From: a bacterium
GTDB taxonomy: Bacteria > Electryoneota > Electryoneia > Electryoneales > Electryoneaceae
NCBI GenBank assembly: GCA_963669175.1
Contig: OY769902.1
Coordinates: 896,001 to 960,000 of the forward strand
Direction: 5' to 3'
Length of the DNA: 64,000 bases
Position numbers and translations under genes: made by a program. Within the stretch, counting starts at the first letter, position 1, and the number at the start of each line of letters is the position of its first letter. Below the pieces are notes generated by a model, which had not been told where the DNA came from, made no database searches, and was given only the letters and a program-made list of their open reading frames with translations. This document shows, one piece after another, positions 19,222 through 28,154 of the stretch.

Positions 19222-19476
19222 ATGACAGAGGCGAAGACAGTACGTTTGGAAGTCCGCTTGCCTGAACGCATGATGGAGGAAGTCAAGAAGATTGCTCCTC
19301 CGGACGGATCAGGTCGGCCGAATGTGAGCCAGTTGGTCCGGGATGCATTGCAGGCCGAACTGCAAAAGCATGCGGCGCAAGGGATGGTCAAGTGGGCAAA
19401 GCGTAGCCAGGATGTCTTGCGGGGAGTTGAACATGAATGGAGCGTCAGCAGTTCAGACGGAGTCTCTGCGGGTTGA
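19222..19476 (+). CDS. ribbon-helix-helix antitoxin (MazE/NdoAI-like)
   Basis: VRLEVRLP...NVSQLVRDAL RHH pattern; overlaps a PemK-like gene. Confidence 0.75.
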   Translation: MTEAKTVRLEVRLPERMMEEVKKIAPPDGSGRPNVSQLVRDALQAELQKHAAQGMVKWAKRSQDVLRGVEHEWSVSSSDGVSAG

Positions 19477-19846
19477 GAACCTCCGTCGCGGCGACATCTG
19501 GTTTGTCAAGATGGGCCGCATGGACGGTAGCGGGCTTCGTAAAATCATGCCCTGCGTGATCGTCCAGATTGACGAGATGAACCAGTCGGGCGCGTTGGAT
19601 ACGGCTGTGATTGTTCCCCTTTCCAATCGTGTTCCGGCTGACGACGAACTTACCGAGTACGATGTGGTGCTCGATCCTCAGGACACCGGGCTGCCGAAAC
19701 CTGCCATTGCGGCTTGGACACAGATCCGAACTTTATCCCCTGATTTGATGATGAAACGCACCGGACGGGTAAACGGGGAGATTATGCGCCAGTTGGCGGA
19801 TAATATCGCTATGCTGGTGGGGAAACTACCGGAGCGTTTCGATTGA
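19433..19846 (+). CDS. PemK/MazF family toxin-like protein
   Basis: RRGDIWFV, P.VIVQ.D..N, IVPL, TGL.KP, QIRTL..(R).G pattern; RBS gggag before ATG 19433. Confidence 0.85.
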   Translation: MNGASAVQTESLRVENLRRGDIWFVKMGRMDGSGLRKIMPCVIVQIDEMNQSGALDTAVIVPLSNRVPADDELTEYDVVLDPQDTGLPKPAIAAWTQIRTLSPDLMMKRTGRVNGEIMRQLADNIAMLVGKLPERFD

Positions 19847-20814
19847 ACCTACCCGACTCCATGTGGGCGGTGCGGGTTGATAGCGGCATGAAAGCCGTGA
19901 GGACCGCTCTGCCTCCACGTCACCCTGGTGACTGCCTGGTCAAAATCCAACGTATCGGCATTTGTGGAACCGACCTGAAAATGTTTGAAGGATATACCGA
20001 TTTTCAGGGCATTGTAGGGCACGAATTCGCAGGTACCGTGATCGAAGCGGATGATCCTTCCTGGATCGGCAAACGTGTTACATCTTCCATCAATCTCCCC
20101 CCTGCTGACGCCGATTCTTCCTTTGATTGGGCGTCGGTGAAACATCATCCCCGTCGCCGAGCCTTGGGAATCCGTAACTATGACGGTGTGATGGCGGAAT
20201 ATGCTTCTCTGCCGCCGGAAATACTGGTTGAACTCCCGGATTCGGTAGATGATCTGGCCGGGGCAATGGCGGAGCCGTTGGCTTCTGCGCTTGAAGCGGT
20301 GGAGGTTCTGCCGAAGAAATACAATCCTGTGCTGGTGGTTGGCGACGGACGTGTGGCGCAACTGGTGATTCGTGTGCTGGACGCCGCCGGGCTGGAAGTA
20401 CACCTGATGGGGAAACACGCAGACAAAATCAAGCTGGCGCAACAATCCGGCGCGTTCCTGCGTGATAAGGCAACCATTACCCCGGAAACACGTTACCCGG
20501 CCGTCATCGAAGCGACCGGGTCCGCTTCTGGCGTACAGGATGCCCTTACCGCGACTGCACCGGAAGGAGTGCTGGTGCTGAATACGACTCTGCCGCATGG
20601 GGTTGAGCTTGACCTGGCGCGTATCGTAGTCGATGAAATCAAGCTGATCGGATCGCGTTGCGGGGATATATGTAAAGCGGTGGCACTGCTGGAACACGGC
20701 AAAATCAACGTGGACGACATGGTCTCGGCTACGTATCCCTTGCAGGAAGCGGAAACCGCTTTTCGGAAAGCGCAGGAAAAAAGTTCGCTGAAAATACAAC
20801 TTGTTGTTAATTAG
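19843..20814 (+). CDS. zinc-dependent alcohol dehydrogenase (MDR family)
   Basis: GICGTD, GHEF.G, AEPLAS, VVGDG.VA, EATG and GSRCG motifs. Confidence 0.9.
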   Translation: MNLPDSMWAVRVDSGMKAVRTALPPRHPGDCLVKIQRIGICGTDLKMFEGYTDFQGIVGHEFAGTVIEADDPSWIGKRVTSSINLPPADADSSFDWASVKHHPRRRALGIRNYDGVMAEYASLPPEILVELPDSVDDLAGAMAEPLASALEAVEVLPKKYNPVLVVGDGRVAQLVIRVLDAAGLEVHLMGKHADKIKLAQQSGAFLRDKATITPETRYPAVIEATGSASGVQDALTATAPEGVLVLNTTLPHGVELDLARIVVDEIKLIGSRCGDICKAVALLEHGKINVDDMVSATYPLQEAETAFRKAQEKSSLKIQLVVN

Positions 20815-21064
20815 GAATTAGAAATGAGGATTTAGGAATTGACAACGGGTGGCCCGAATCGCAACTGATCCTGCCTGCTTTACATCGCTTTCAGAATATT
20901 CTATTCGGCGCTGACAGTGAAATAATGCTTGGAGCGCTTCGGGGATTATCCTGGTTCGAATTTTCGATGATTCTTGCTGTGAGTGTTTAGGCATGCCTCG
21001 ATGTATCAATTCTGCCGGGTCACGCATGAGTGGGCTACAGACTAACTTTCCCGATTCAGAACCC

Positions 21065-21101
21065 TCCTTTTTCACTTTTTTCACTGCTTGCTTTTTTCAC
21101 T
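21065..21101 (-). repeat. GTGAAAAAA array supplying the stop codon of the minus-strand gene
   Basis: Minus strand reads GAG TGA aaaaagcaagcagtgaaaaaagtgaaaaagg. Confidence 0.8.
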
Positions 21102-22134
21102 CAAAACTCCATACCGCCAACGCCTGCGGAGGATCATCGAGGTTGATCGAACGTATCACCGCGTCATCTTCGACAACATCAAGCTGCACCGCATCTTTGC
21201 AGGCTACATACAGCCGTCCCGTTTCCGGATCAACCGCCACATCCAACGCCCCCGTCCCAGTGGCAATGGAATCAAGGGCGCCAAGTGTGTTCTCATCGTA
21301 GGTCAGCACCAGGCCGTGCTGATCGCCATCCAGTTCAAACCCACCGGCTGCAAGGTACATGGTCCCATCCGTACCACGAGCGATACGGCCGGGGTACGCA
21401 TTAAATTCGATGGCGTCCACCTCATCAAACGGATCAAGCTGATAAACACGCACTTCCCCGGTTACGTTGTCATAGTTGCCGGTGCAGACCACATGCAGGC
21501 GTCCCTGGCTGTCCAACGTACCAAACTGGCTGTTCATCCCAGTTTCCACAGTGAAACGACGTGTGCCGGTCTCAAGATCAAACGCCCAGATAGATCCTCG
21601 ATTGTGACGCAGGTTGTTAAAATCGAACCCGGTGTTCAACACAAAAGCCATATCGGATGTGACCAAAACACCTTCCGGCGCGACACCCGTTGCCCAGACA
21701 TCGGTGATAGTCGCGTTCACCAGATCCACAACGCTCACCGAATTGCGCATCAGGTTGGTGACCAGCAAATCGCCATCCGAGGTTAAAACGCCGCAATAGG
21801 GATTGTTGTTCGATCCCAGCCCGATATCAAAGGAACCCGCGAGGGATATAACGCCGTCTGAAGCTTCGAACACGTTGATATCGTTGGACAGGCTGTTGAT
21901 GACGTACATACGGTTCCCATCCGGGATCGCCCAGTTCGGAGCGTTCCCCAGCCCCAACGGTTCCTCGATCAATTCGTTTGTGGTCAAATCAAACAGGCGC
22001 AGGGTACTGAACCCGATGATCGCCAGGTAACGGGTGTTATCCACATTCGCTACAGGATCATCAGCCTTATCATCGCAACCTGTAGCCAAAATCAATCCGG
22101 CAAGTAACAGGCAGATTAACGTGTACTTTTTCAA
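21097..22134 (-). CDS. YncE-type beta-propeller lipoprotein (BtuG-like)
   Basis: Lipobox LATGC; YVTN-like repeats; overlaps the stop of the TonB-dependent receptor in a B12-riboswitch operon. Confidence 0.75.
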   Translation of the reverse strand: MKKYTLICLLLAGLILATGCDDKADDPVANVDNTRYLAIIGFSTLRLFDLTTNELIEEPLGLGNAPNWAIPDGNRMYVINSLSNDINVFEASDGVISLAGSFDIGLGSNNNPYCGVLTSDGDLLVTNLMRNSVSVVDLVNATITDVWATGVAPEGVLVTSDMAFVLNTGFDFNNLRHNRGSIWAFDLETGTRRFTVETGMNSQFGTLDSQGRLHVVCTGNYDNVTGEVRVYQLDPFDEVDAIEFNAYPGRIARGTDGTMYLAAGGFELDGDQHGLVLTYDENTLGALDSIATGTGALDVAVDPETGRLYVACKDAVQLDVVEDDAVIRSINLDDPPQALAVWSFE

Positions 22135-24443
22135 TTCCGGCTCCTCCAGGATGTGTCGAGTGATATTCGCCAGATTCGCCCGGGCATGGGCATGCGGTCC
22201 AGGAGTTCATACTGTGTGTTGGTCACGTTGTCCACACCCAGCTCCAGGGTAACACGCGCCTGTTCACGCGATACATCTCCCCCGACAGCGATATCAATTA
22301 CTCCGTATGGTTCAAGCCCGCCACCGGCCAGCGACAGGTAATCGAGGTTACTTTCGGTGGAGTAACGGCGTGCGGAGAATCGCCACTCGGTACGGGCAAA
22401 CCACTGCCGCCACGCTAGTGAAAGCTGCGAGGAACCATACCAGTCCGGTTGGAACGGGATATGGTTTTCGTAATAGGGTGAGTTCGGATTATTGTTGCGT
22501 ACGTGCTGCCAGGTAAAAGCGTTACGCCAGGTAACCCGGTCCTGGAACAGGGATAGCCCGAAAGCTGTTTCAAGCCCCTGTGTCAGCGCTTTACCCACAT
22601 TGGCCGGGTAATACTGACCACGATAGTTCTGTCGCCAGGTGATCAGGTCACGGGTTGAACGGTAAAATCCTGTCAGCGAAATATCTAGTGTGGAAAACAT
22701 GTCGGAACGTCCCAACGACACCCCGCCGCTGACTTCCTGCGCTTTTTCCGGCTCCAGCTCCGGGTTGCCCAGGGCAAAGATGGATTCGCTCAGGAAAGAT
22801 GCGGAAAAAGGTGGTGGGGTGAAGCTGTTGCTTCCGCCGATATGTAGCCCCCAACTCCATCCGTCCTGCACGGCTTGTTTCCAGGTAAAGGTGCAATTGC
22901 CGATAAATAGCTGTGTTTCCTTTTCGACGCTGTTGGTTACCAGATCGCGATATCCCGCCACACCAGCGTTGACACGTGTTTCCAGGGGATAGCCGAACAA
23001 CGGCAGCGCTCCCCGAAACTGTGCGGTTGCATGCCCGTTGCTGCGATACACCGTTCCCAGCAGGCGCTGTTCAACGCCTCCTGATTGCGCTCGATCCTGG
23101 CTGTCGAAAGATTCATAGGAGCCGCCAATGGAAAAGCCTGCGCTCTGTCCTCGGACTCCCGGGCTGGCGGCATCCAGGGACACCGAACCGCCATAGACTA
23201 TTGACAGCTCTTCCAGGTGAACCGGGGTATAAAACATGGTTTCCTGCGTGTAAGGATTCACCTGTCTCGCGGGATTCTCAAATTCCCGTGCGTTGCTGGT
23301 GACATACCCAATAAAGACCAGCTCGCTGTTGCTGACCGGACGGCTTATTTTCAGGCTGCTTCGTGTATGTAACTGGGAATGTTCCGCGTCCGGTGTTGGG
23401 GGCTGGTATAAAGGTGCGGGGCTGCCAGCCTGATATCCGCCCGCTGAAACGTCCAGACGGCTTTTCCAATTATTCACGAACGTGTATTCGTTGCCAAACG
23501 ACAAGTTGACACGTTTCATTTCGTTGTTGTTGCGCTTAAACGACGCGCTGTTATCTTCGTATTCGAATTTTCCATCGGCATTGGAAAGCTGTCCTGCGGT
23601 GTACCAGCGTGAAGTAGCGCCGTTGCGTTCGATGGACCAGCCGCCACGAATGCCGCCATACTGCTCCAATTCCAGATAGCCACGTCCGTTATTCGCAAAC
23701 GGGCTTCCCTGCTGGGTCAGGATGTGCAGCACACCGCCCTGTGCATTGCCATGATCCGAACGCGGTTCGATTTCAATCTTGTGGACATTTGCCAGTGGGA
23801 TCGTTGCCAGATCAACCGCGTTCCCGGAACCGTCGTTCAGGAAAACACCGTCAACTTCAACCAGTACCTGTTCGGGACGGCACCCACGATAGGTAATCCG
23901 TTTGGCGCTGCCGAGACCACCACTTCCCAGCAAGTTCACGCCGGGCAGGGTGGAGACCGCTTCGCCGACATCTTCCCAATTGGCCTGCTCGATACGTGTA
24001 CGGTCAATCATGTTCGGTTCAAGCGACGGGGTTGTTCTTTGTCCGCGCACCTGAATCGGCGTCATTTCTATAGTTTCAGGCAACAACCGTAATGTTTTCC
24101 AACTGGACATGCCTTCACGAATCCGAACCGGAACCAGTTGCTGGTGATAGCCAACGTGTGTCACAGTCAGCGTCCAGTCACCCGCAGCAAGCGAAACGAA
24201 GGAGAAGCGACCGTTTTTATCTGCTACTACCAGCAACCCCAATTCAGTCAAGCGAATATGAGCGCCGACCAACGGCAAGCCGGTCTCATCATCCAGCACC
24301 TGGCCTTCAAGCAGGGCGGGGGATTGGGATACGGAAAGCGTGATGTCCGGTGAGGCCGCACCTTCCCCGTGTTCACCCGCCACGGCCACACCGGCCAGCA
24401 GCAGGATCAAGAACAAGGCGCTATGTCGGCACACACTTTTCAC
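22131..24443 (-). CDS. TonB-dependent receptor, probably cobalamin (BtuB-like)
   Basis: Signal peptide, carboxypeptidase-regulatory-like N-terminal domain, plug (LPGV...RG...QVLVEVDGV), GNPELEPE, VDNVTN..Y...PMPGR; riboswitch context. Confidence 0.85.
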   Translation of the reverse strand: MKSVCRHSALFLILLLAGVAVAGEHGEGAASPDITLSVSQSPALLEGQVLDDETGLPLVGAHIRLTELGLLVVADKNGRFSFVSLAAGDWTLTVTHVGYHQQLVPVRIREGMSSWKTLRLLPETIEMTPIQVRGQRTTPSLEPNMIDRTRIEQANWEDVGEAVSTLPGVNLLGSGGLGSAKRITYRGCRPEQVLVEVDGVFLNDGSGNAVDLATIPLANVHKIEIEPRSDHGNAQGGVLHILTQQGSPFANNGRGYLELEQYGGIRGGWSIERNGATSRWYTAGQLSNADGKFEYEDNSASFKRNNNEMKRVNLSFGNEYTFVNNWKSRLDVSAGGYQAGSPAPLYQPPTPDAEHSQLHTRSSLKISRPVSNSELVFIGYVTSNAREFENPARQVNPYTQETMFYTPVHLEELSIVYGGSVSLDAASPGVRGQSAGFSIGGSYESFDSQDRAQSGGVEQRLLGTVYRSNGHATAQFRGALPLFGYPLETRVNAGVAGYRDLVTNSVEKETQLFIGNCTFTWKQAVQDGWSWGLHIGGSNSFTPPPFSASFLSESIFALGNPELEPEKAQEVSGGVSLGRSDMFSTLDISLTGFYRSTRDLITWRQNYRGQYYPANVGKALTQGLETAFGLSLFQDRVTWRNAFTWQHVRNNNPNSPYYENHIPFQPDWYGSSQLSLAWRQWFARTEWRFSARRYSTESNLDYLSLAGGGLEPYGVIDIAVGGDVSREQARVTLELGVDNVTNTQYELLDRMPMPGRIWRISLDTSWRSRN

Positions 24444-24570
24444 ACGCTATACTTTCTGCAGGTGGTGAATTTTCTTTGCATCAGAACGCTATACAATGAA
24501 CTTCCCCGATTGCCCCATTGGCTTGTCAAACGGGGTTTACAGTATATGAATCAAAGAGCCAAGTCCTTGT

Positions 24571-25476
24571 TTATCTCACCAAAACCACCCGTGTCATCTG
24601 AGTCTGTATTCCATTTCCCACCTGTACCCAATACACGCCCGCACTGGTTGTGGATGCAGGTTGCCACACCCAGGTATTCACCCCGAAAGCGGCTTCATGA
24701 TAAATTTCCCGTCCCAGAGTATCGAACACGCGTACCGGCGTATTTCCATACACACCGCCACTCCACTTAAAACGCACCACACTGTTAAACGGGTTCGGCC
24801 AGGCAGTGATCGTGAGTGCATCCGGAAGACTGTTTTCAGAATCGTTTATCCCATTCCCTGACTCACCATGAAGAACAGCAACCGCATCCAGGTCGAAGCT
24901 GGGGCCGGAATCGGGCACGAAATCACCGGAATCGGTGATACGAACATACGCCGCATGCGCGAGCCCGACATCTGCCAGGTCAAAAGCGTCGCCACCACTG
25001 AAAGTGGGGTCCAATGGATCTGCGGAACCATCTACTGGCGTTACCCCGGCCAGTCCAGCGAACGTGTCCGGATCATACGGGAATTCATACCACGTTACCC
25101 CATCTTCACTAACTGCCACAATCGCTGTTTCACGATACACCAGGCTATCCATTCCATAGTAGAAGGGGTTTTCGAACACGGTAAAATCAGGTCCGGCGCC
25201 ATCGACAATTCCACCATCCCGAAATGCCAGAATGATGACACCGCTTGTACCGAGAGTCAGCAGTTCTACCGGCGAAGATGACGGCACGGACGGCGTGGCT
25301 ACCGGGTCCGGTGGGCCGAGAATGTTGTCCGGGAAAGACTCCTGCCCGAAACCGGCCCCAACTCCATAGGTCACACTGATCACCTCATCTGGCCAGGGAT
25401 CCACCGCCCCGGCCTGTGAAGCCATCAAAAGCAAACCCCAGTACAGGGCCGTTATCGTCAGGATAGTCCTCCGCAT
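24571..25476 (-). CDS. secreted cell-surface protein with BtuH-like domain and C-terminal sorting tail
   Basis: Signal peptide; TLG..G.IILAF...IVDG.GPDFTVFENPF, E.AIVAVSEDG..W, GGDAFDL...YVRITD, FDLDAV; WPNPFN tail. Confidence 0.7.
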   Translation of the reverse strand: MRRTILTITALYWGLLLMASQAGAVDPWPDEVISVTYGVGAGFGQESFPDNILGPPDPVATPSVPSSSPVELLTLGTSGVIILAFRDGGIVDGAGPDFTVFENPFYYGMDSLVYRETAIVAVSEDGVTWYEFPYDPDTFAGLAGVTPVDGSADPLDPTFSGGDAFDLADVGLAHAAYVRITDSGDFVPDSGPSFDLDAVAVLHGESGNGINDSENSLPDALTITAWPNPFNSVVRFKWSGGVYGNTPVRVFDTLGREIYHEAAFGVNTWVWQPASTTSAGVYWVQVGNGIQTQMTRVVLVR

Positions 25477-26822
25477 TAACGCACCAGTACCAGTTTCTGG
25501 GTCAACGTGCGTCCTTCGCTGGTCAACACGGCGAACCAGGTTCCGCTGGCGAGATCCTCTGCTTGTATGGCAATCGTGGACGTGCCTGCTGTATAGGTGC
25601 CATTTGCCAATGTCCGAACGAGACGCCCCTCCACCGAATACAGATCGATCCGTACATCAGCGGCACGGGACAGGGTAAAGGAAAGTCGAGTTGTTGAGTT
25701 GAAGGGATTCGGCCAGGCCGGCTCAAGGGTGATTGTTGATGGTAATTCTTTGGACGATTCCGCAACATCCGAACCGCCGAAACCTTCGAAGAAACCAAGC
25801 GAAACCACTTCCCCGGTAAAAGTGCCCAGCAGGGTCACTTCCGACCAGTCATAGCTGCACCATTTAATCCAGCTATCACCGGCATAGTTTGCATTACCGA
25901 TGAATATCCCGTTCAGCCCGGTGGCCAACGCATTACCGCCGACCAGTGTATCGGGAACCTCGGTATCTTCAACAAACATAACCGCGTCATATGCGGAAAT
26001 GTTCGGCGTGGTATAGGCGTATTCATCACCCAGCACCAGTTTCGGCCCCTGGCAACATTCCGGGTATACGAGTGCAATCTGGCCCGGATTGCCTGCTACA
26101 GTAAATGACGTGCTGTCACCATCTTCCGGGTCATAGCGATATACACTTCCGCCAACCGGTTCATCGCCCCAGCTACGTCCGCTGCACAGGATGGTAAAGA
26201 CGCCAGTTGTATCTACCACGGACCATTGGGGATTGTCGCCGGTCAGGACAATTGTATCAACCATCATTGTCTCCGGATTGACCAGCACTGCCTGTGCGCC
26301 TGATCCCCACCCGGATTCCGCCACGCAGATTAGCGTGCCGTCTGTGGACATGCCTTCCGGCGCGTTCAGGCCGGTCAGGGTATCTACCGCTTCGCCCGTG
26401 GACAAGTCGATTTTGAACAGGCTGCCGGATGAGGTCAGGGTAACAAAAGCATAGCCCTCCAACACCAGTACATCCCAGGGATTGGACCAGGCGGGCAATT
26501 CGATGATTGTCCAGTCAGGGCTGGTATTCCCCGCAATTGCGGCTTCGATGTTTTCCAGTGTGGTGTACCAGACTTCGGCGCCTTCACCAGTGGTATAATC
26601 ACCGGAGTGGACGACGTAAACAGTATCTTCGAAAACACGGACAGAATTGGCAACAGACCCAAGCGCATCGATCAGGGTTATATCCCCATTGGTTGTCACG
26701 TAGGAAAGCGACGGGTTGGAATAGCCCGTTACAGCGAATACACCCGCTTCATCGAGTACGGTTGCGCTGGAAAAGGACACGACAATCAGGGCCAGCACAA
26801 AACTGGCAAACAGGCGCTGCAT
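25476..26822 (-). CDS. secreted YncE-like beta-propeller protein with C-terminal sorting tail
   Basis: Start reassigned to ATG 26822 (RBS ggagg; MQRLFASFVL signal peptide); NP.D/AP.G blade repeats; WPNPFN tail. Confidence 0.8.
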   Translation of the reverse strand: MQRLFASFVLALIVVSFSSATVLDEAGVFAVTGYSNPSLSYVTTNGDITLIDALGSVANSVRVFEDTVYVVHSGDYTTGEGAEVWYTTLENIEAAIAGNTSPDWTIIELPAWSNPWDVLVLEGYAFVTLTSSGSLFKIDLSTGEAVDTLTGLNAPEGMSTDGTLICVAESGWGSGAQAVLVNPETMMVDTIVLTGDNPQWSVVDTTGVFTILCSGRSWGDEPVGGSVYRYDPEDGDSTSFTVAGNPGQIALVYPECCQGPKLVLGDEYAYTTPNISAYDAVMFVEDTEVPDTLVGGNALATGLNGIFIGNANYAGDSWIKWCSYDWSEVTLLGTFTGEVVSLGFFEGFGGSDVAESSKELPSTITLEPAWPNPFNSTTRLSFTLSRAADVRIDLYSVEGRLVRTLANGTYTAGTSTIAIQAEDLASGTWFAVLTSEGRTLTQKLVLVR

Positions 26823-26946
26823 GAAAAAACCCTCCCGGTTGGTCGAACCACCGAAAGGGAGAGTACTTGACGAAAAGAAGCTGACTTGGCAGAAACGTAG
26901 ACGCTTCACCCCATCATGCCACCCCTCCCGGGTGGTCCGGGTTGTG

Positions 26947-27125
26947 CTGAAGCCGGTCTCCGGGCTCGCGGGTCACTCTCCTCCGGCGCCTTCCCAGGAA
27001 GCCGACCGCTGTCTTCGCGATCTACTCTTCCCAGTGGCAGGTTGCCGGACTCGTCGCCGCATACCGTGGCGGGGGCCGCTCCCGTATTTCACGGGATTCC
27101 CGATTAAGCCAAATGGCACTTCAGA
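26947..27125 (-). ncRNA. cobalamin riboswitch
   Basis: Minus strand: gtgcc..ttaatcGGGAAtcccGTGAAATacgggagcggccccCGCCACGGTA...GCCACTGggaa...ctGGGAAGGc...GAGCCCGGAGACCGGC; upstream of a BtuB-like operon. Confidence 0.93.
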
Positions 27126-27360
27126 CAGTTAGTAAAGAACAAGTCGCTCAAATGTAGCCCGCACACGGAGAGACTGCAAGCAAATGGGAGGGATCTACTC
27201 CATTGGCCGTTCTACCCAGGGAATGAAAAAGAAAGAGTCACAAATTTATCAAAATCAGGAGCCAGTGAAACCTGCCATTTGAAGAGCCAATAATAGCGAA
27301 AATCACATGGAGTATATCCCGGACAAGGCTAAACGACAGTGTTTCCAGGATGATAGGAGC

Positions 27361-27944
27361 GGCGAAAAATGGGGCTGTTACCTTTGCATTTTCCCAAATA
27401 CATGATAACCGAATCAGGGTTGATGAAAAGGGGTTCCTCACAAGAATTTGTACATCCGGGCAAAGTTGTGGCAGGTCTTGACGCGACATTCCGTTTTCGG
27501 CTTTCGCAATGTATTTCTGAATGCACATGATACTGAAACCACCTCTCGTCCTGTTATTGTCGCGTTGTGACCTGCCACCGGTATCAGCACTCTCGCTGTC
27601 GTCAGGTCACAACATGATGCTTGATGACGATCTATCATGCGAAATAGCAGCTGTGAAGTCGGACAGGTGTCTGAAATTGCGGAGAAGAACAAGAAAAGGG
27701 CATCACGTTAAGACCTGACGAAACGTGCTCGTCGATAATATGCACAAATTCTTGTGAGCAGCCTGAAAAGGCAACTGTGCCGAATTTTTCGCCTGCTTTT
27801 GTTCGATATCCAAAGGAAAATCCTGGGACAGCTACCTTTTCTGCAATTTTATTGTTTAAATACAGGTATTTTATCTACATAACCAGGCATTGACCTTGTG
27901 TTCGGGTAACATCTCTTGCAGAAAAGAGTAGCAGTCCCGATTTT
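27361..27944. repeat. GGGACAGCTACCTTTT-type inverted repeat pairs, the first split by a MITE
   Basis: ggcgaaaaatggggctgttaccttt ... gaaaaggcaactgtgccgaatttttcgcc, then gggacagctaccttttc ... gaaaagagtagcagtccc; related copies at 44057-44185, 50037-50226 and 55036-55277. Confidence 0.7.
27432..27763 (-). mobile_element. ~330-bp MITE copy 3 (inverted)
   Basis: Reverse complement of 7927-8259; TSD TGAAAAGG on both sides. Confidence 0.9.
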
Positions 27945-28065
27945 CTGCCAAATCTGATCACGTAGTTGTTGCTGTGGAGAGGAAGAGTGTAATCATACGA
28001 ACCATGTTGTATGGTAATCGGGACGCTTGCGTACCGATCTGTTCAGGTGTCCTGTTCCAACGACA

Positions 28066-28102
28066 AGAAAAACCCCCACTCCGGAATCTGCCGGAATGGG
28101 GG
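28066..28102 (-). terminator. intrinsic terminator
   Basis: Minus strand cccccattccgg...ccggagtggggg followed by a T-run, downstream of the 28155 gene. Confidence 0.7.
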
Positions 28103-28154
28103 CTGAATGTTCAAAGGTGAAAGTTGAAATCAAATAACTTTCAAACTTTCCAAC

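Noticed and set aside
20845-21030. MITE bounded by gtggcccg / cgggtcac
   Set aside because: Inverted match is short and imperfect, with no target duplication or second copy
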